Positions 35,232 through 44,079 of a stretch of DNA of 60,034 nucleotides are shown one piece after another. The DNA comes from Pyrinomonadaceae bacterium (GTDB lineage: Bacteria > Acidobacteriota > Blastocatellia > Pyrinomonadales > Pyrinomonadaceae). Made by a program: the position numbers and the translations under genes. Numbering within the stretch: position 1 is the stretch's first letter; each line of letters starts with the position of its first letter. The notes beneath the pieces were generated by a model that was not told the origin of the DNA, did not search any database, and saw only the letters and a list, made by a program, of their open reading frames with translations. The DNA is taken from positions 1 through 60,034 of the forward strand of contig DASUSJ010000296.1 in assembly GCA_036375155.1 (NCBI GenBank), given 5' to 3'.

Positions 35232-35639
35232 TTATTCTCCTCGGCGTCGGAGGGACCGGGCCAGAGCGAGCCCGCTGAGAATAATTCCGGTCAACGACAG
35301 CACAAATGCAACGATCGCCCCGGCTCGCCCGCCGCCGGTTCCGAAACCGCCGGCCGGCCCGCTCAGATGCATGACGCTGAGGATGATGCCCACAAGACCG
35401 AGTACCAAAGCGATCATCGCCCCGATTCGTCCGATACCTGCGCCGAGACGACCTGCGGATCGGAACAGAGCCAGCCCACCGAGAATGAGGCTGATCAGCC
35501 CAAATGCGCCTCCAACCAGCGCTCGGGCTCGCCCGCTCGTGATAGCACCGGTGGGCACGTCGAAGGCGAACGCGACCTGGCTGGTGAACAAACTGGCAGC
35601 CGCAATTAATTTCGTAAGAATTCCATTCGTTATTTCCAT
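35232..35639 (-). CDS. Small membrane protein with three repeated Gly-rich TM helices (DUF6223-like)
   Basis: GGAGA lies upstream. Three units are present: GRARALVGGAFGLISLILGGLALFRS, GRIGAMIALVLGLVGIILSVMHL and GRAGAIVAFVLSLTGIILSGLALARS. This frame is preferred over the overlapping Arg-rich frame 35047-35673. Confidence 0.7.
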   Translation of the reverse strand: MEITNGILTKLIAAASLFTSQVAFAFDVPTGAITSGRARALVGGAFGLISLILGGLALFRSAGRLGAGIGRIGAMIALVLGLVGIILSVMHLSGPAGGFGTGGGRAGAIVAFVLSLTGIILSGLALARSLRRRGE

Positions 35640-35834
35640 GATCCAAGTCTCCGTACCAATATAGTGCCGCCATAAGCCATCACTTGTATTGGATAAAACT
35701 GACCTGACTGCAAAATGGAAATAGCTGATCCGTTAAGCCGCCGGTCTTCGAACGCGATGCCGGTCGCAGAGCGGAGGCTGAACGAAAGACGAAGAGGTGT
35801 TTCAGCCGTTAACATTGGGGGCCCGTCGATCAAC

Positions 35835-36680
35835 CTAATTACGCTTCAGATATCCAGTCGGTGTGAGACCCGAGAACTCGATGAATTCACGTATGAGATG
35901 TGACTGGTCGAAGTATCCGAGATCGAAGGCAAGCTCCGCCCAGTCGGGTGAGGGTTGGCGTTGGATGACACTGCGGGTTCGCTGAAATCGCAGGATCCGG
36001 CTGAAAAGTTTCGGCGTCAAACCGACTTCAGTCTTAAATGCCTGAATGAACCGACGCTCGCTAAGACCGATATATTTTGCGGCCTCCCTGACTTTCAGTC
36101 CCGCGTGATGCTTCCTAAACATTTCCAGCGCTGCCGAAACCGCGTAATGTTGCTCCACATCGTGACGAAGGCGTCCCACTAAAGCCTCTTCGAGAAGATC
36201 GAACTGCTTGTCAGAACTTCCAGCCTCACAAATGCGATCGCGCAGCCGAGTGGCCGAGCGTCCCCAAAGGTTTTCTAGATCAGCGTGGGTGTCGGCTAGA
36301 TGGCCCGCCGGCAGTCCAAGAAACGGAAACGCACCACCTGGTTTGAAGTGAACGCCTATGAGAAAGATCTCTTTCGGATCATCGGGTACGAGCCCACGCC
36401 CTTGCGCTCCTGAAATGATCGCACTCGAAAAGCGAGACAGATCTCCAGGGCGCTCGGTGTCGCGAAATAGCAGTTCGTCTTGACGGAGATTAATTACGAG
36501 TTCGAGCGTCCCGTTAGGAAGAATGCGTTCGGTCCTGCGCCCTGTCGAGCGGCCTTCGTATATCCAAAAACTATCGACAAAGCTCGATAGTGGCGGTTCC
36601 GGTTGGCGGAACCTGAATATCGTCTCAATATCCGCAATGGGAAACTGCTCGGATTTGCTGCGCGCAATGGAACTCGTCAC
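35835..36680 (-). CDS. AraC family transcriptional regulator
   Basis: The C-terminal double HTH is AAKYIGLSERRFIQAFKTEVGLTPKLFSRILRF...LAFDLGYFDQSHLIREFIEFSGLTP. The start codon is GTG. Confidence 0.88.
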   Translation of the reverse strand: MTSSIARSKSEQFPIADIETIFRFRQPEPPLSSFVDSFWIYEGRSTGRRTERILPNGTLELVINLRQDELLFRDTERPGDLSRFSSAIISGAQGRGLVPDDPKEIFLIGVHFKPGGAFPFLGLPAGHLADTHADLENLWGRSATRLRDRICEAGSSDKQFDLLEEALVGRLRHDVEQHYAVSAALEMFRKHHAGLKVREAAKYIGLSERRFIQAFKTEVGLTPKLFSRILRFQRTRSVIQRQPSPDWAELAFDLGYFDQSHLIREFIEFSGLTPTGYLKRN

Positions 36681-36743
36681 AACTTAATATTCGACAGAAA
36701 AAATACAAATATCAATCGTTAGTCTTCGAAACCGATCGTGATC

Positions 36744-38615
36744 TCAGTCGGAAAGTCCCATCCTCCGAAGGATCGAAACGAATCGCGGATGCCCGCGGAG
36801 ATTTTCCCACTTGTGATCGATATTCAGGAGTATGAGCCTGACATCTCTCCGCTCGACAGCATCCTCAAGCTCAGTTAACGCTGCATCGGTTTCACCGAGC
36901 GCGTTCTGCACTATCGCGACGTTGTAAGCGGGAGAGTACGAGTCCTTTTTGTAACCGCGAAGGGTCGCGAGCGCCTCGAGGGCCCCGGCTCGATCCCCGT
37001 TCTTAGCCTTGGCATATCCTGCAAGAGAAATCGCTTCGCTATTGCCCGCCGATGCCGTCCTGGCCCTATCGAGTTCGACGAGTGCTTCGTCCAAGCGCCC
37101 CTCCTTGATGAGTATTCTCGCCAGCATCAACCTCGCGATCCAAAAATCGGGATCGATCTGAAACGTCTTATTCAACCTTTCGATCGCCTCCGCTTCCCGT
37201 CCGGCGTAGAAGAGTGTCTGGGCTTCCAGCGCATTGGTCGGGAGCGATAAGGGATCGAGCTCTCTCGACATCTTCATCTCCTCAATCGCTTCGTCATGGC
37301 GTCCAAGTAATGTCATCAGGATCGAGAACCCGCGACGGGCGTCGGCATTCGCCGGGTCGAGCTCTACGGCCCGGCGCATTTCCGCCTCGGCGGCTGCCCA
37401 ATCCCATTCGTACCACGACGCAACGTAACCGAGAGCAAGATGTGCCTGTGATAGCCGGTCGTCCAATTCTAGGGCCTTCAGAGCGGCCGCTTTTGACTGT
37501 GGAAACGCGGTCCTCGGATCGACATCGCTGGTGATGGGCAGGGAGCGGTATGCATCCGCCATCCCCGCGTACGCCAGTGCGTAGCCCGGATCGATGTCTA
37601 TCGCATCCTGATAGAAAACGATCGCCTGGCGTATCTCTGTCGGTGTCGATCGGAATTGAAAAAGGCGGGCCTGCATATAAAGGCGATACGCCTCGACGTT
37701 AGTTGTACCGCGGGTCGCCGACCGCGTAGCTCCGCCAAGACGCAGCCGCAAGGCATCGACGACCTTTATCGATATCGTGTCCTGCACGGCGAAGATGTCG
37801 CGGTACTGCTCGTCGAAGGTACCGGCCCAGAGCGATTCACCCGTTGCGACGTCGGTAAGGCGAACATTCACACGGATCTTCTCGCCCTGCCGCTGAATAC
37901 TGCCGTCAAGCACGGCGTCGGCGCCAAGTTCGCGGCCCGCCGACTGCGAGTCTTGATCGGGGTCGGCAAACTTTCGCACCGAGCTCAACGGACGGAGGAT
38001 GAGGCCGGTTGCATTGCTCAGCCGCACGATGAGCGTGTCGGCCATCCCTATCTCGAGAGCTTTGTCGGAATCGGTTTCGACCAGCGGCTTAAAGGGGAGT
38101 ATTGCGAGGACCTTCGCTCGTTCACCGGGTGACGCCGTCTGGTCCCGCTTGTACATATAAACAGCGAGCGCTACCGCGGCGATGGTCAGCAATGCCGCCG
38201 TCGCAGGCAATGCATAACGCTTCAGGCGAGCACCCGCCACGACGACCCCATCGGCCGGGGCGGCTGGTTCGTCTACATGATCCGGTCCCGTCTCCACATT
38301 CGCGACAAACTTGTACCCTTGACCCGAAACGGTGGCAATGAACGCATTTTCGCCGCGTGCGTCACCGAGCGCCCGCCGGAGGATCGAGATGTTTTGAGTA
38401 AGATTGCTTTCCTCGACCACGGTATCCGGCCAGACAGCCGCCATGATCTCGTCCTTGCTCACAGTACGACCCGGATTCCTAACCAGGAATAACAACAGAT
38501 CGAACACTTTGGACGTCAATGCCACCATCTTCCCCTCGTCGTCGAACAGCAACCGACGCGATACGTGGATCTCGTATCTTCCGAATTTGTAACGGCTTGG
38601 AGTCCCTGCGGTCAT
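36744..38615 (-). CDS. CadC-like membrane-bound transcriptional regulator: OmpR/PhoB-type winged helix, TM helix, periplasmic TolB-N-like module, TPR repeats
   Basis: The wHTH is YKFGRYEIHVSRRLLFDDEGKMVALTSKVFDLLLFLVRNPGRTVSKDEIMAAVWPD. The TM helix is ALPATAALLTIAAVALAVYMY. The periplasmic module is VLAILPFKPL...LGADAVLDGSIQRQGEKIRVNVRLTDVATGESLW. Several TPRs follow. Confidence 0.9.
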   Translation of the reverse strand: MTAGTPSRYKFGRYEIHVSRRLLFDDEGKMVALTSKVFDLLLFLVRNPGRTVSKDEIMAAVWPDTVVEESNLTQNISILRRALGDARGENAFIATVSGQGYKFVANVETGPDHVDEPAAPADGVVVAGARLKRYALPATAALLTIAAVALAVYMYKRDQTASPGERAKVLAILPFKPLVETDSDKALEIGMADTLIVRLSNATGLILRPLSSVRKFADPDQDSQSAGRELGADAVLDGSIQRQGEKIRVNVRLTDVATGESLWAGTFDEQYRDIFAVQDTISIKVVDALRLRLGGATRSATRGTTNVEAYRLYMQARLFQFRSTPTEIRQAIVFYQDAIDIDPGYALAYAGMADAYRSLPITSDVDPRTAFPQSKAAALKALELDDRLSQAHLALGYVASWYEWDWAAAEAEMRRAVELDPANADARRGFSILMTLLGRHDEAIEEMKMSRELDPLSLPTNALEAQTLFYAGREAEAIERLNKTFQIDPDFWIARLMLARILIKEGRLDEALVELDRARTASAGNSEAISLAGYAKAKNGDRAGALEALATLRGYKKDSYSPAYNVAIVQNALGETDAALTELEDAVERRDVRLILLNIDHKWENLRGHPRFVSILRRMGLSD

Positions 38616-38740
38616 GTCGAGGAAATTTTTACAAATTTTGAGTTCAAATCATAGGACATTTGAGCGGTCCGGAGACGATGATCTGCCCACGATCCGACGA
38701 TTCTAGGCGTCGGTCGAAAAAAACTTTTGGAGGAAACATC

Positions 38741-39217
38741 ATGAAAAGAGTTATAGGAAAGATCTCATCGTCGGTTGCGGTTGTGGTTCTAGTGACAAGT
38801 TTGCAGGTTTTGGCTTTCGGACAGGAAAAGGGCGATATACGCAGTATCGAAGGTGTCTGGCAGACGGTGGTCACGCCGCGTATCTGCGCAACAGGTGCTC
38901 CGGTCGGGCCGACATTTCCCGGGATCCTGTCGTTCGACGGCGGCGGGACCATTACCGGTACATCCACCGCGGTGACATCCACTTATGGCCTCTGGGTCCG
39001 CGCGGCGGCACCTCACAAGTACTCGTTCTCGGCGATATCACTGAAATATGATGCGGCGGGAAACTCCGTCGGCAGCAGGCGTATTGACCAGGAGGTGACG
39101 CTTGATTTTGGAGGTAACGGGTTCACCTCGACGGGTGGATTTCAGGATTTCGATCTCGCCGGCAATCCGACGATCTCGGGTTGCTCGACTTCGGTCGGAA
39201 CGCGGTTCCGCCTATGA
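38741..39217 (+). CDS. Secreted hypothetical protein (158 aa)
   Basis: GGAGGA lies upstream of the ATG at 38741. The signal peptide is MKRVIGKISSSVAVVVLVTSLQVLAFG. It is divergent from the CadC-like regulator. Confidence 0.7.
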   Translation: MKRVIGKISSSVAVVVLVTSLQVLAFGQEKGDIRSIEGVWQTVVTPRICATGAPVGPTFPGILSFDGGGTITGTSTAVTSTYGLWVRAAAPHKYSFSAISLKYDAAGNSVGSRRIDQEVTLDFGGNGFTSTGGFQDFDLAGNPTISGCSTSVGTRFRL

Positions 39218-39348
39218 TCTCAGGTTAATTGGCGTTGATTCAGCGAGTAATTCGACGCGAGATCATTCATCGGGACGGTGGAATTTTGCGACCTTTTAGG
39301 GACGCTACGAAGATAGTCCGGTCGCTGGGTGGGCTCGAACAAGAAGGA

Positions 39349-39391
39349 GTCATGTAGGGGCGAATGATCGTCACGGTCGTCCCTACATGAC
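39349..39391. terminator. Stem-loop between convergent genes (11-bp perfect stem)
   Basis: gtcatgtaggg (39349-39359) pairs with ccctacatgac (39381-39391) around a 21-nt loop. There is no clear T-run, so it may instead be a REP-like repeat. Confidence 0.4.
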
Positions 39392-39549
39392 GTTCGTCTT
39401 TCCGTTACCTGTACCTCGCAATTGCTCGCTAGGCATTACCAGTCGTCCGCTTCGCAGACTTTATCCCCGCAAAACGCGATCCCTCTCCTGATCTCGAACG
39501 TATTAGCCCGGACGCTCATTCGCCCCAACCACAGCTAGCAGGCGCTTTC

Positions 39550-40260
39550 TTACCTAAAGTGAGTTCGTGTAAATCTCCGGATCATAAGCACAACCAGCAC
39601 GACGCTATATGCAGCTCCGGTTAAGAGAAATCCCCATGCGACGCGTCCTCCGATCAATGCACTGAATCCCTTATAAGCCCAGTAGGTCGGGAAGACTGCA
39701 AACAGTAATGCGATCCCGGCGGGCACAAAGAAGGCAGCGATCGGCAGAAACAGCGGTAAGTTGAAGAGCTTCTGCCACGTCATCGCTTCGATCTTGTTCG
39801 ATGCGACGATCGGGATGAACACGATCATCAAGGGCACGGTCAGGCCGACGACCACCGAATAAACGAGATTTTCCCCCACGTCCAATCGATAGAACGGTTC
39901 GACAAGCAGCAGGAGGAAGGTGGTAAGTGTCGCCAAAAGATATGGCGGAAGGAGACGGAACACCACGAACCAGAATTTCGAGATCGGTAGTACACCATAT
40001 ACTTTCGCGACGCTGGTGTCCTTCTCATCCATCAACACCATCGAATAGATAAACCCGAACGCTATCGGCCCCTGGATCGATGCGAGCATCAGGATGATCG
40101 CAATGTATTCACGCACTACCGGGTAGATCTCCACGATGTACGGCACCCCGTATCGGGTGAAGATAAGCACCAGCAGCGGAAGCACGATGAAGATCTTCAG
40201 CGAGTTGTCACGAAAGACGAGCCTGAAATCGTTGATGGCAACTCTTATCAGCTTCTTCAT
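39550..40260 (-). CDS. ABC-2 type transporter permease (second permease)
   Basis: MKKLIRVAINDFRLVFRDNSLKIF is followed by 6 predicted TM helices. Its ATG (40260-40258) overlaps the upstream gene's TGA (ATGA). Confidence 0.85.
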   Translation of the reverse strand: MKKLIRVAINDFRLVFRDNSLKIFIVLPLLVLIFTRYGVPYIVEIYPVVREYIAIILMLASIQGPIAFGFIYSMVLMDEKDTSVAKVYGVLPISKFWFVVFRLLPPYLLATLTTFLLLLVEPFYRLDVGENLVYSVVVGLTVPLMIVFIPIVASNKIEAMTWQKLFNLPLFLPIAAFFVPAGIALLFAVFPTYWAYKGFSALIGGRVAWGFLLTGAAYSVVLVVLMIRRFTRTHFR

Positions 40261-40955
40261 TGCCGGACCATCCTCGACACAAACGTCCTGTACACGAGCC
40301 AATACAGCAGGGGCGTCCAGACGGCGATCGAGATATACCCGAAAACTATTTCCGCTACACTCGGCGACTCAGTATAGGAATTCACCATTAGGTTCAGGCC
40401 TCCCTGCACCGGAAACAAGCGGAGAATATTCCAGTCGGTCAATTCGAAATAATTCAGCAGCGGTAGGCTCATGAAGATCAAGAGCGGGACCGCACGCAGC
40501 AGAAAGTGAAGGATCTCGGTTGTATAACTGACGATGAAAACACCCATCATGCTAAAGAGAAGGCATGTCGCGAATGCGCCCACGGAGAAATGCACCGGGT
40601 TGAACGAGGCTCCGCGCGCGGTCGCGACCATCGCCAACGCGCTTACGAACCCGAGAGCCGAAAGTGTAAGGATCCGCGAGATCAGAAAGACGTGATGATT
40701 TAGCGGCGTCACGAAGAGTGCGGGAAGGACCTCCTGATCTCTTTCCAGAATTATCGAGATGCCCATGAAGATAAACCCGACAACCGCCGGATCGTTGTAG
40801 ATGAGAAGTGTGATGAAACGTTCGATCCCCTGCAGATCACGCAGAAAATAGATCAGCAGGACATAAACCGCGGTGATCCCGATGATCATGTTGATCAGGT
40901 TGTTCCTGCTAAAAAGCAGGAACTGCCATCTTACTTGTTTCAGCAGATCGGTCAT
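40257..40955 (-). CDS. ABC-2 type transporter permease (first permease)
   Basis: It is a polytopic membrane protein. It starts immediately after the ATPase stop codon, which ends at 40956. Confidence 0.85.
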   Translation of the reverse strand: MTDLLKQVRWQFLLFSRNNLINMIIGITAVYVLLIYFLRDLQGIERFITLLIYNDPAVVGFIFMGISIILERDQEVLPALFVTPLNHHVFLISRILTLSALGFVSALAMVATARGASFNPVHFSVGAFATCLLFSMMGVFIVSYTTEILHFLLRAVPLLIFMSLPLLNYFELTDWNILRLFPVQGGLNLMVNSYTESPSVAEIVFGYISIAVWTPLLYWLVYRTFVSRMVRQ

Positions 40956-41804
40956 CTACGTCAGGGCCGTACCGGTTACCTTGATAAAGACCTCTTCGAG
41001 CGTAGCCTCCTGGGTGTTGATCCGCAGCACCTCACCGGCGGAGATAAACTCGAGGAAGGTCGGGTTAGCGCCCAGGCCATCGACCGGAAATTCAGCCGAC
41101 CGGCCGTCACGTAATTCGACGCGCACGGCATGCCTGCCGTATTCGTTTTTCAGGACACGAGGTTCCCCGACCAGGCGGATCTCGCCATCGGCGATGAACG
41201 CAACGCGATCGCAAAGCTCGTCGGCTGTCGTCATATCGTGCGTCGTCACAAAGATCGTTTTCCCGGCGGATCTCAGTTCGGTGATGCAGCGTTTTATCTT
41301 CTGGGCGTTGATCGGATCGAGCCCGGCGGTTGGTTCATCGAGAAACAGAATATCGGGGTCGTGCATGATCGCCCGCATAAAGTTCAGACGCATCTTCATG
41401 CCCTTTGAGAAGTCTTCGACCCGTTTGTCCGCGTCATCGCGGAGCCCGAATCTCTCGAATACCTCGTCCAGGTCTATTAACTTGTTGCGGGGATAAAAAG
41501 ACGCGAACAGCTCGAGATTCTCCTTGGCTGTGAGTTTTAGATAATGATTGGGAAGCTCGAACCCAACACCGATGTTCTCGAAATACTCGCTGCCCCATTT
41601 GCTTAGGCCGCGTCCGCCGATCCAGATCTCGCCAGTGAAATCGTTCAGGATCTTGTAGAGCACTTTTTGCGTAGTGCTCTTCCCTGCTCCGGATGGCCCG
41701 AGAAAGCCGAAGATCTCACCGCGTGCTATCTCAAAGTTCAGGCCCTTAAGAACGTCTTCGCTTGACCGCGGATATCTATAGGAAAGATCCTTTACGGTGA
41801 TCAT
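40956..41804 (-). CDS. ABC transporter ATP-binding protein
   Basis: Walker A is GFLGPSGAGKSTT. The signature motif is SKGMKMRL. Walker B is ILFLDEPTAGLD. The H-loop is TTHDM. ATG at 41804 (MITVKDLSY). The upstream ORF extension is hairpin-repeat DNA. Confidence 0.92.
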   Translation of the reverse strand: MITVKDLSYRYPRSSEDVLKGLNFEIARGEIFGFLGPSGAGKSTTQKVLYKILNDFTGEIWIGGRGLSKWGSEYFENIGVGFELPNHYLKLTAKENLELFASFYPRNKLIDLDEVFERFGLRDDADKRVEDFSKGMKMRLNFMRAIMHDPDILFLDEPTAGLDPINAQKIKRCITELRSAGKTIFVTTHDMTTADELCDRVAFIADGEIRLVGEPRVLKNEYGRHAVRVELRDGRSAEFPVDGLGANPTFLEFISAGEVLRINTQEATLEEVFIKVTGTALT

Positions 41805-41805
41805 G

Positions 41806-41912
41806 ATGTTCGTCTTCGTGAGTTTTCGTGTGGTGGTGGTTCCAAGTCTTCTGCGCTCTCGGAATTGGAACGACGAAAGAACACGAAAACACACCAACAA
41901 GAGACACGAAAC
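41806..41912. repeat. TTCGTG-family hairpin flush against the ABC ATPase start codon
   Basis: gatgttcgtcttcgtgagttttcgtgtggtggtggttcc ... ggaacgacgaaagaacacgaaaacacaccaacaagagacacgaaacg. Confidence 0.85.
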
Positions 41913-41919
41913 GTCTCCA

Positions 41920-43101
41920 TCAACGGGCGACGATCAACCCTACAATCCCGTCGATCGCATCTCGCGTTCGAAGCGTCGGGCCGGTGCCGATATTCCACGC
42001 GGTGTAAACGACGACCATGTCGTATTCCGGGAACGCCATCGGGCGTTGGCCGCCGAAGCCAGAGCCGGCCCAAATGAGTTTCGAGTTATCTTTGCCGTAG
42101 GGATACAGCCACCATTTCAGACCGTACTTGGGAAAAGATCCAGAGCCGCCAGCCGGAGCAAGGTCAAATGCCGGGGTGACCGAATCCTTTACCCATTCCG
42201 CAGAGACGACCTGCTTGCCTTCCCAGACACCGTTTTTCAGAAACAGATACCACAGTTTGGCGAGGTCGCGCGGTCGGAGGTAAATTCCGCCCTCGGCATC
42301 GACCAATCCGCTTGGCGAACGCTTCCAGAAATGTTGTTTTATGCCGAGCGGCGCGAAGAGATGCCGGGTCGCGTAGTCCTCGATGTCGGTGCCGGTGGCG
42401 ACCCGGAAGATATGTGCAAGAAGCTGCGTCGCCCCCGAATTGTACTGGTACTTCGTTCCCGGCTCGTGAGCCATCGGGCGGTTGATCGTGTACTCGACCC
42501 AGTCGCACGAAGCTTCCATCGCAATGCCTGTGTTGTCCGGATTCGAATACGGAAGGTCCTCGTTCCAATCGAAACCGGCCGACATCGTCAGCAGATGCCG
42601 GATCGTCATCCGCCGTTTGCGCTCATCGACATTCGCAACCTTTGACGCGTCGAAGAAGTTCATTACCGGCGTGTCGAGGTCCGGGAATTCTTTCCTCGTC
42701 CTGGCGACACCGATGATCATCGAGGTGATGGTCTTTGAGACGGACTGCAGTGTGTGCAGGTCACCACGCTGGTACCACGGATGCCACCACGAATTGTAGT
42801 AATTGTAGGGGCCGGTTGGGTCATGCGGGTTCAGGGGGCTCTGCTTCTTCGCCTCCGCGCCGTAGATCGTGGCGTAGTCATGCGGGTACCGCCTGTCGAA
42901 GACAAGTTTTCCGTGTCGGACGATCGTGAAGCTGTCGATCTTGCCGAACTTGCCGGATGCGATCTCAGTATCGAATGCGGAGAGCGCTTTTGCATCGAGA
43001 CCGACCGACTTCGGGGTCGCGGTTGGCCAGTCGTTCTGTTGCGGGTGGACCGCGACCACGCAAAGAGCGAAGATCAGTGCTAATTTTCTTAGTTGTGACA
43101 T
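41920..43101 (-). CDS. Secreted serine hydrolase (beta-lactamase fold)
   Basis: The signal peptide is MSQLRKLALIFALCVVAVHP. The SxxK motif is in LQSVSKTITSMIIG. Also present are YSNPDNTGIAME and WAGSGFGGQ. Confidence 0.9.
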   Translation of the reverse strand: MSQLRKLALIFALCVVAVHPQQNDWPTATPKSVGLDAKALSAFDTEIASGKFGKIDSFTIVRHGKLVFDRRYPHDYATIYGAEAKKQSPLNPHDPTGPYNYYNSWWHPWYQRGDLHTLQSVSKTITSMIIGVARTRKEFPDLDTPVMNFFDASKVANVDERKRRMTIRHLLTMSAGFDWNEDLPYSNPDNTGIAMEASCDWVEYTINRPMAHEPGTKYQYNSGATQLLAHIFRVATGTDIEDYATRHLFAPLGIKQHFWKRSPSGLVDAEGGIYLRPRDLAKLWYLFLKNGVWEGKQVVSAEWVKDSVTPAFDLAPAGGSGSFPKYGLKWWLYPYGKDNSKLIWAGSGFGGQRPMAFPEYDMVVVYTAWNIGTGPTLRTRDAIDGIVGLIVAR

Positions 43102-43178
43102 CGGTGCGCGGAAGTCTACCAGATATCGGGCGTCCGTTCACAGTTCACAGCTCACAGTTCAAGGTCACAGTTCACACT

Positions 43179-43892
43179 TCACCCGTCAACTTCATCCCGC
43201 TCTTCCAGCGAACGTGTCGTATGCTCGGTTACGCTGTGGGGAAGATGGGCCTCGGCCTGGACGCGAGCGTCGTGTTTCGGCATTTCCAGGTCGACCGCAA
43301 CGGGTTTGAGCGTCGACGTCGTAAGCTCGCGGGGAGAAGGTCCCGGCCCTAAAATAGCCGACGGCTTGTCAGACGCGAGCTCGCGATAGGCCGAGTAGAG
43401 CGGTTTGGATGCCGCCAGCAACAGACCAAAAAGCCCGGTGACCAAGCCTATGATCATCAGCCGAGCCCATGAATCGGGTATAGCCACTGCTACGAAAACA
43501 GTCGCGATGATCGCCGCGAGATACATGAGCGTCGACGAGAACGCGATCTCTTTGCGTCGCGCCCTCTCGACCTCGGGAGGGATCTGGTCGGTTTGAAAGA
43601 GTCGAATCAAAGGGCCGGAGCCAAAGATGATCGCGAGGAGCGCGACGCTGAGTAATAGGAAGGCTAGCGGGAGCGCGCTCGGCGACAAGATCACAGCAAG
43701 AAGAGCAGGCCATAGCCCGGCGTACATCAGCACGACGCCGAGGTTTAGTCCTGCGCGCGAGATCTCCCTTCCGCGCTCGACATACGCTTCATCAGACATC
43801 GCGACCCGAATGCGATCGAGCATCTGGCCGCACCGGGTGCAGTAACTGATCTCGTCTGCTTCGATCCTGGCTCCACATCGCGGACAGTGCAT
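43179..43892 (-). CDS. Zinc-ribbon membrane protein
   Basis: MHCPRCGARIEADEISYCTRCG carries CxxC...CxxC. Four hydrophobic helices follow. Confidence 0.75.
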   Translation of the reverse strand: MHCPRCGARIEADEISYCTRCGQMLDRIRVAMSDEAYVERGREISRAGLNLGVVLMYAGLWPALLAVILSPSALPLAFLLLSVALLAIIFGSGPLIRLFQTDQIPPEVERARRKEIAFSSTLMYLAAIIATVFVAVAIPDSWARLMIIGLVTGLFGLLLAASKPLYSAYRELASDKPSAILGPGPSPRELTTSTLKPVAVDLEMPKHDARVQAEAHLPHSVTEHTTRSLEERDEVDG

Positions 43893-44079
43893 ATCAGACT
43901 CCCTTCTCGCGAAATGATACTAACTCCGGCGTACGGATTGAAGACCGAGCTTGTTCGGCGTTTGTTCCGATAGGCTCATCCTGAGAGTAGACGGGAGAGG
44001 ATGCGATATGTGTCCGAGGCACTGAGTACCCCCTCTGTGCTTCCCCATTTGACGCTTACGGCGCCGCGCCCTGGAGCTT

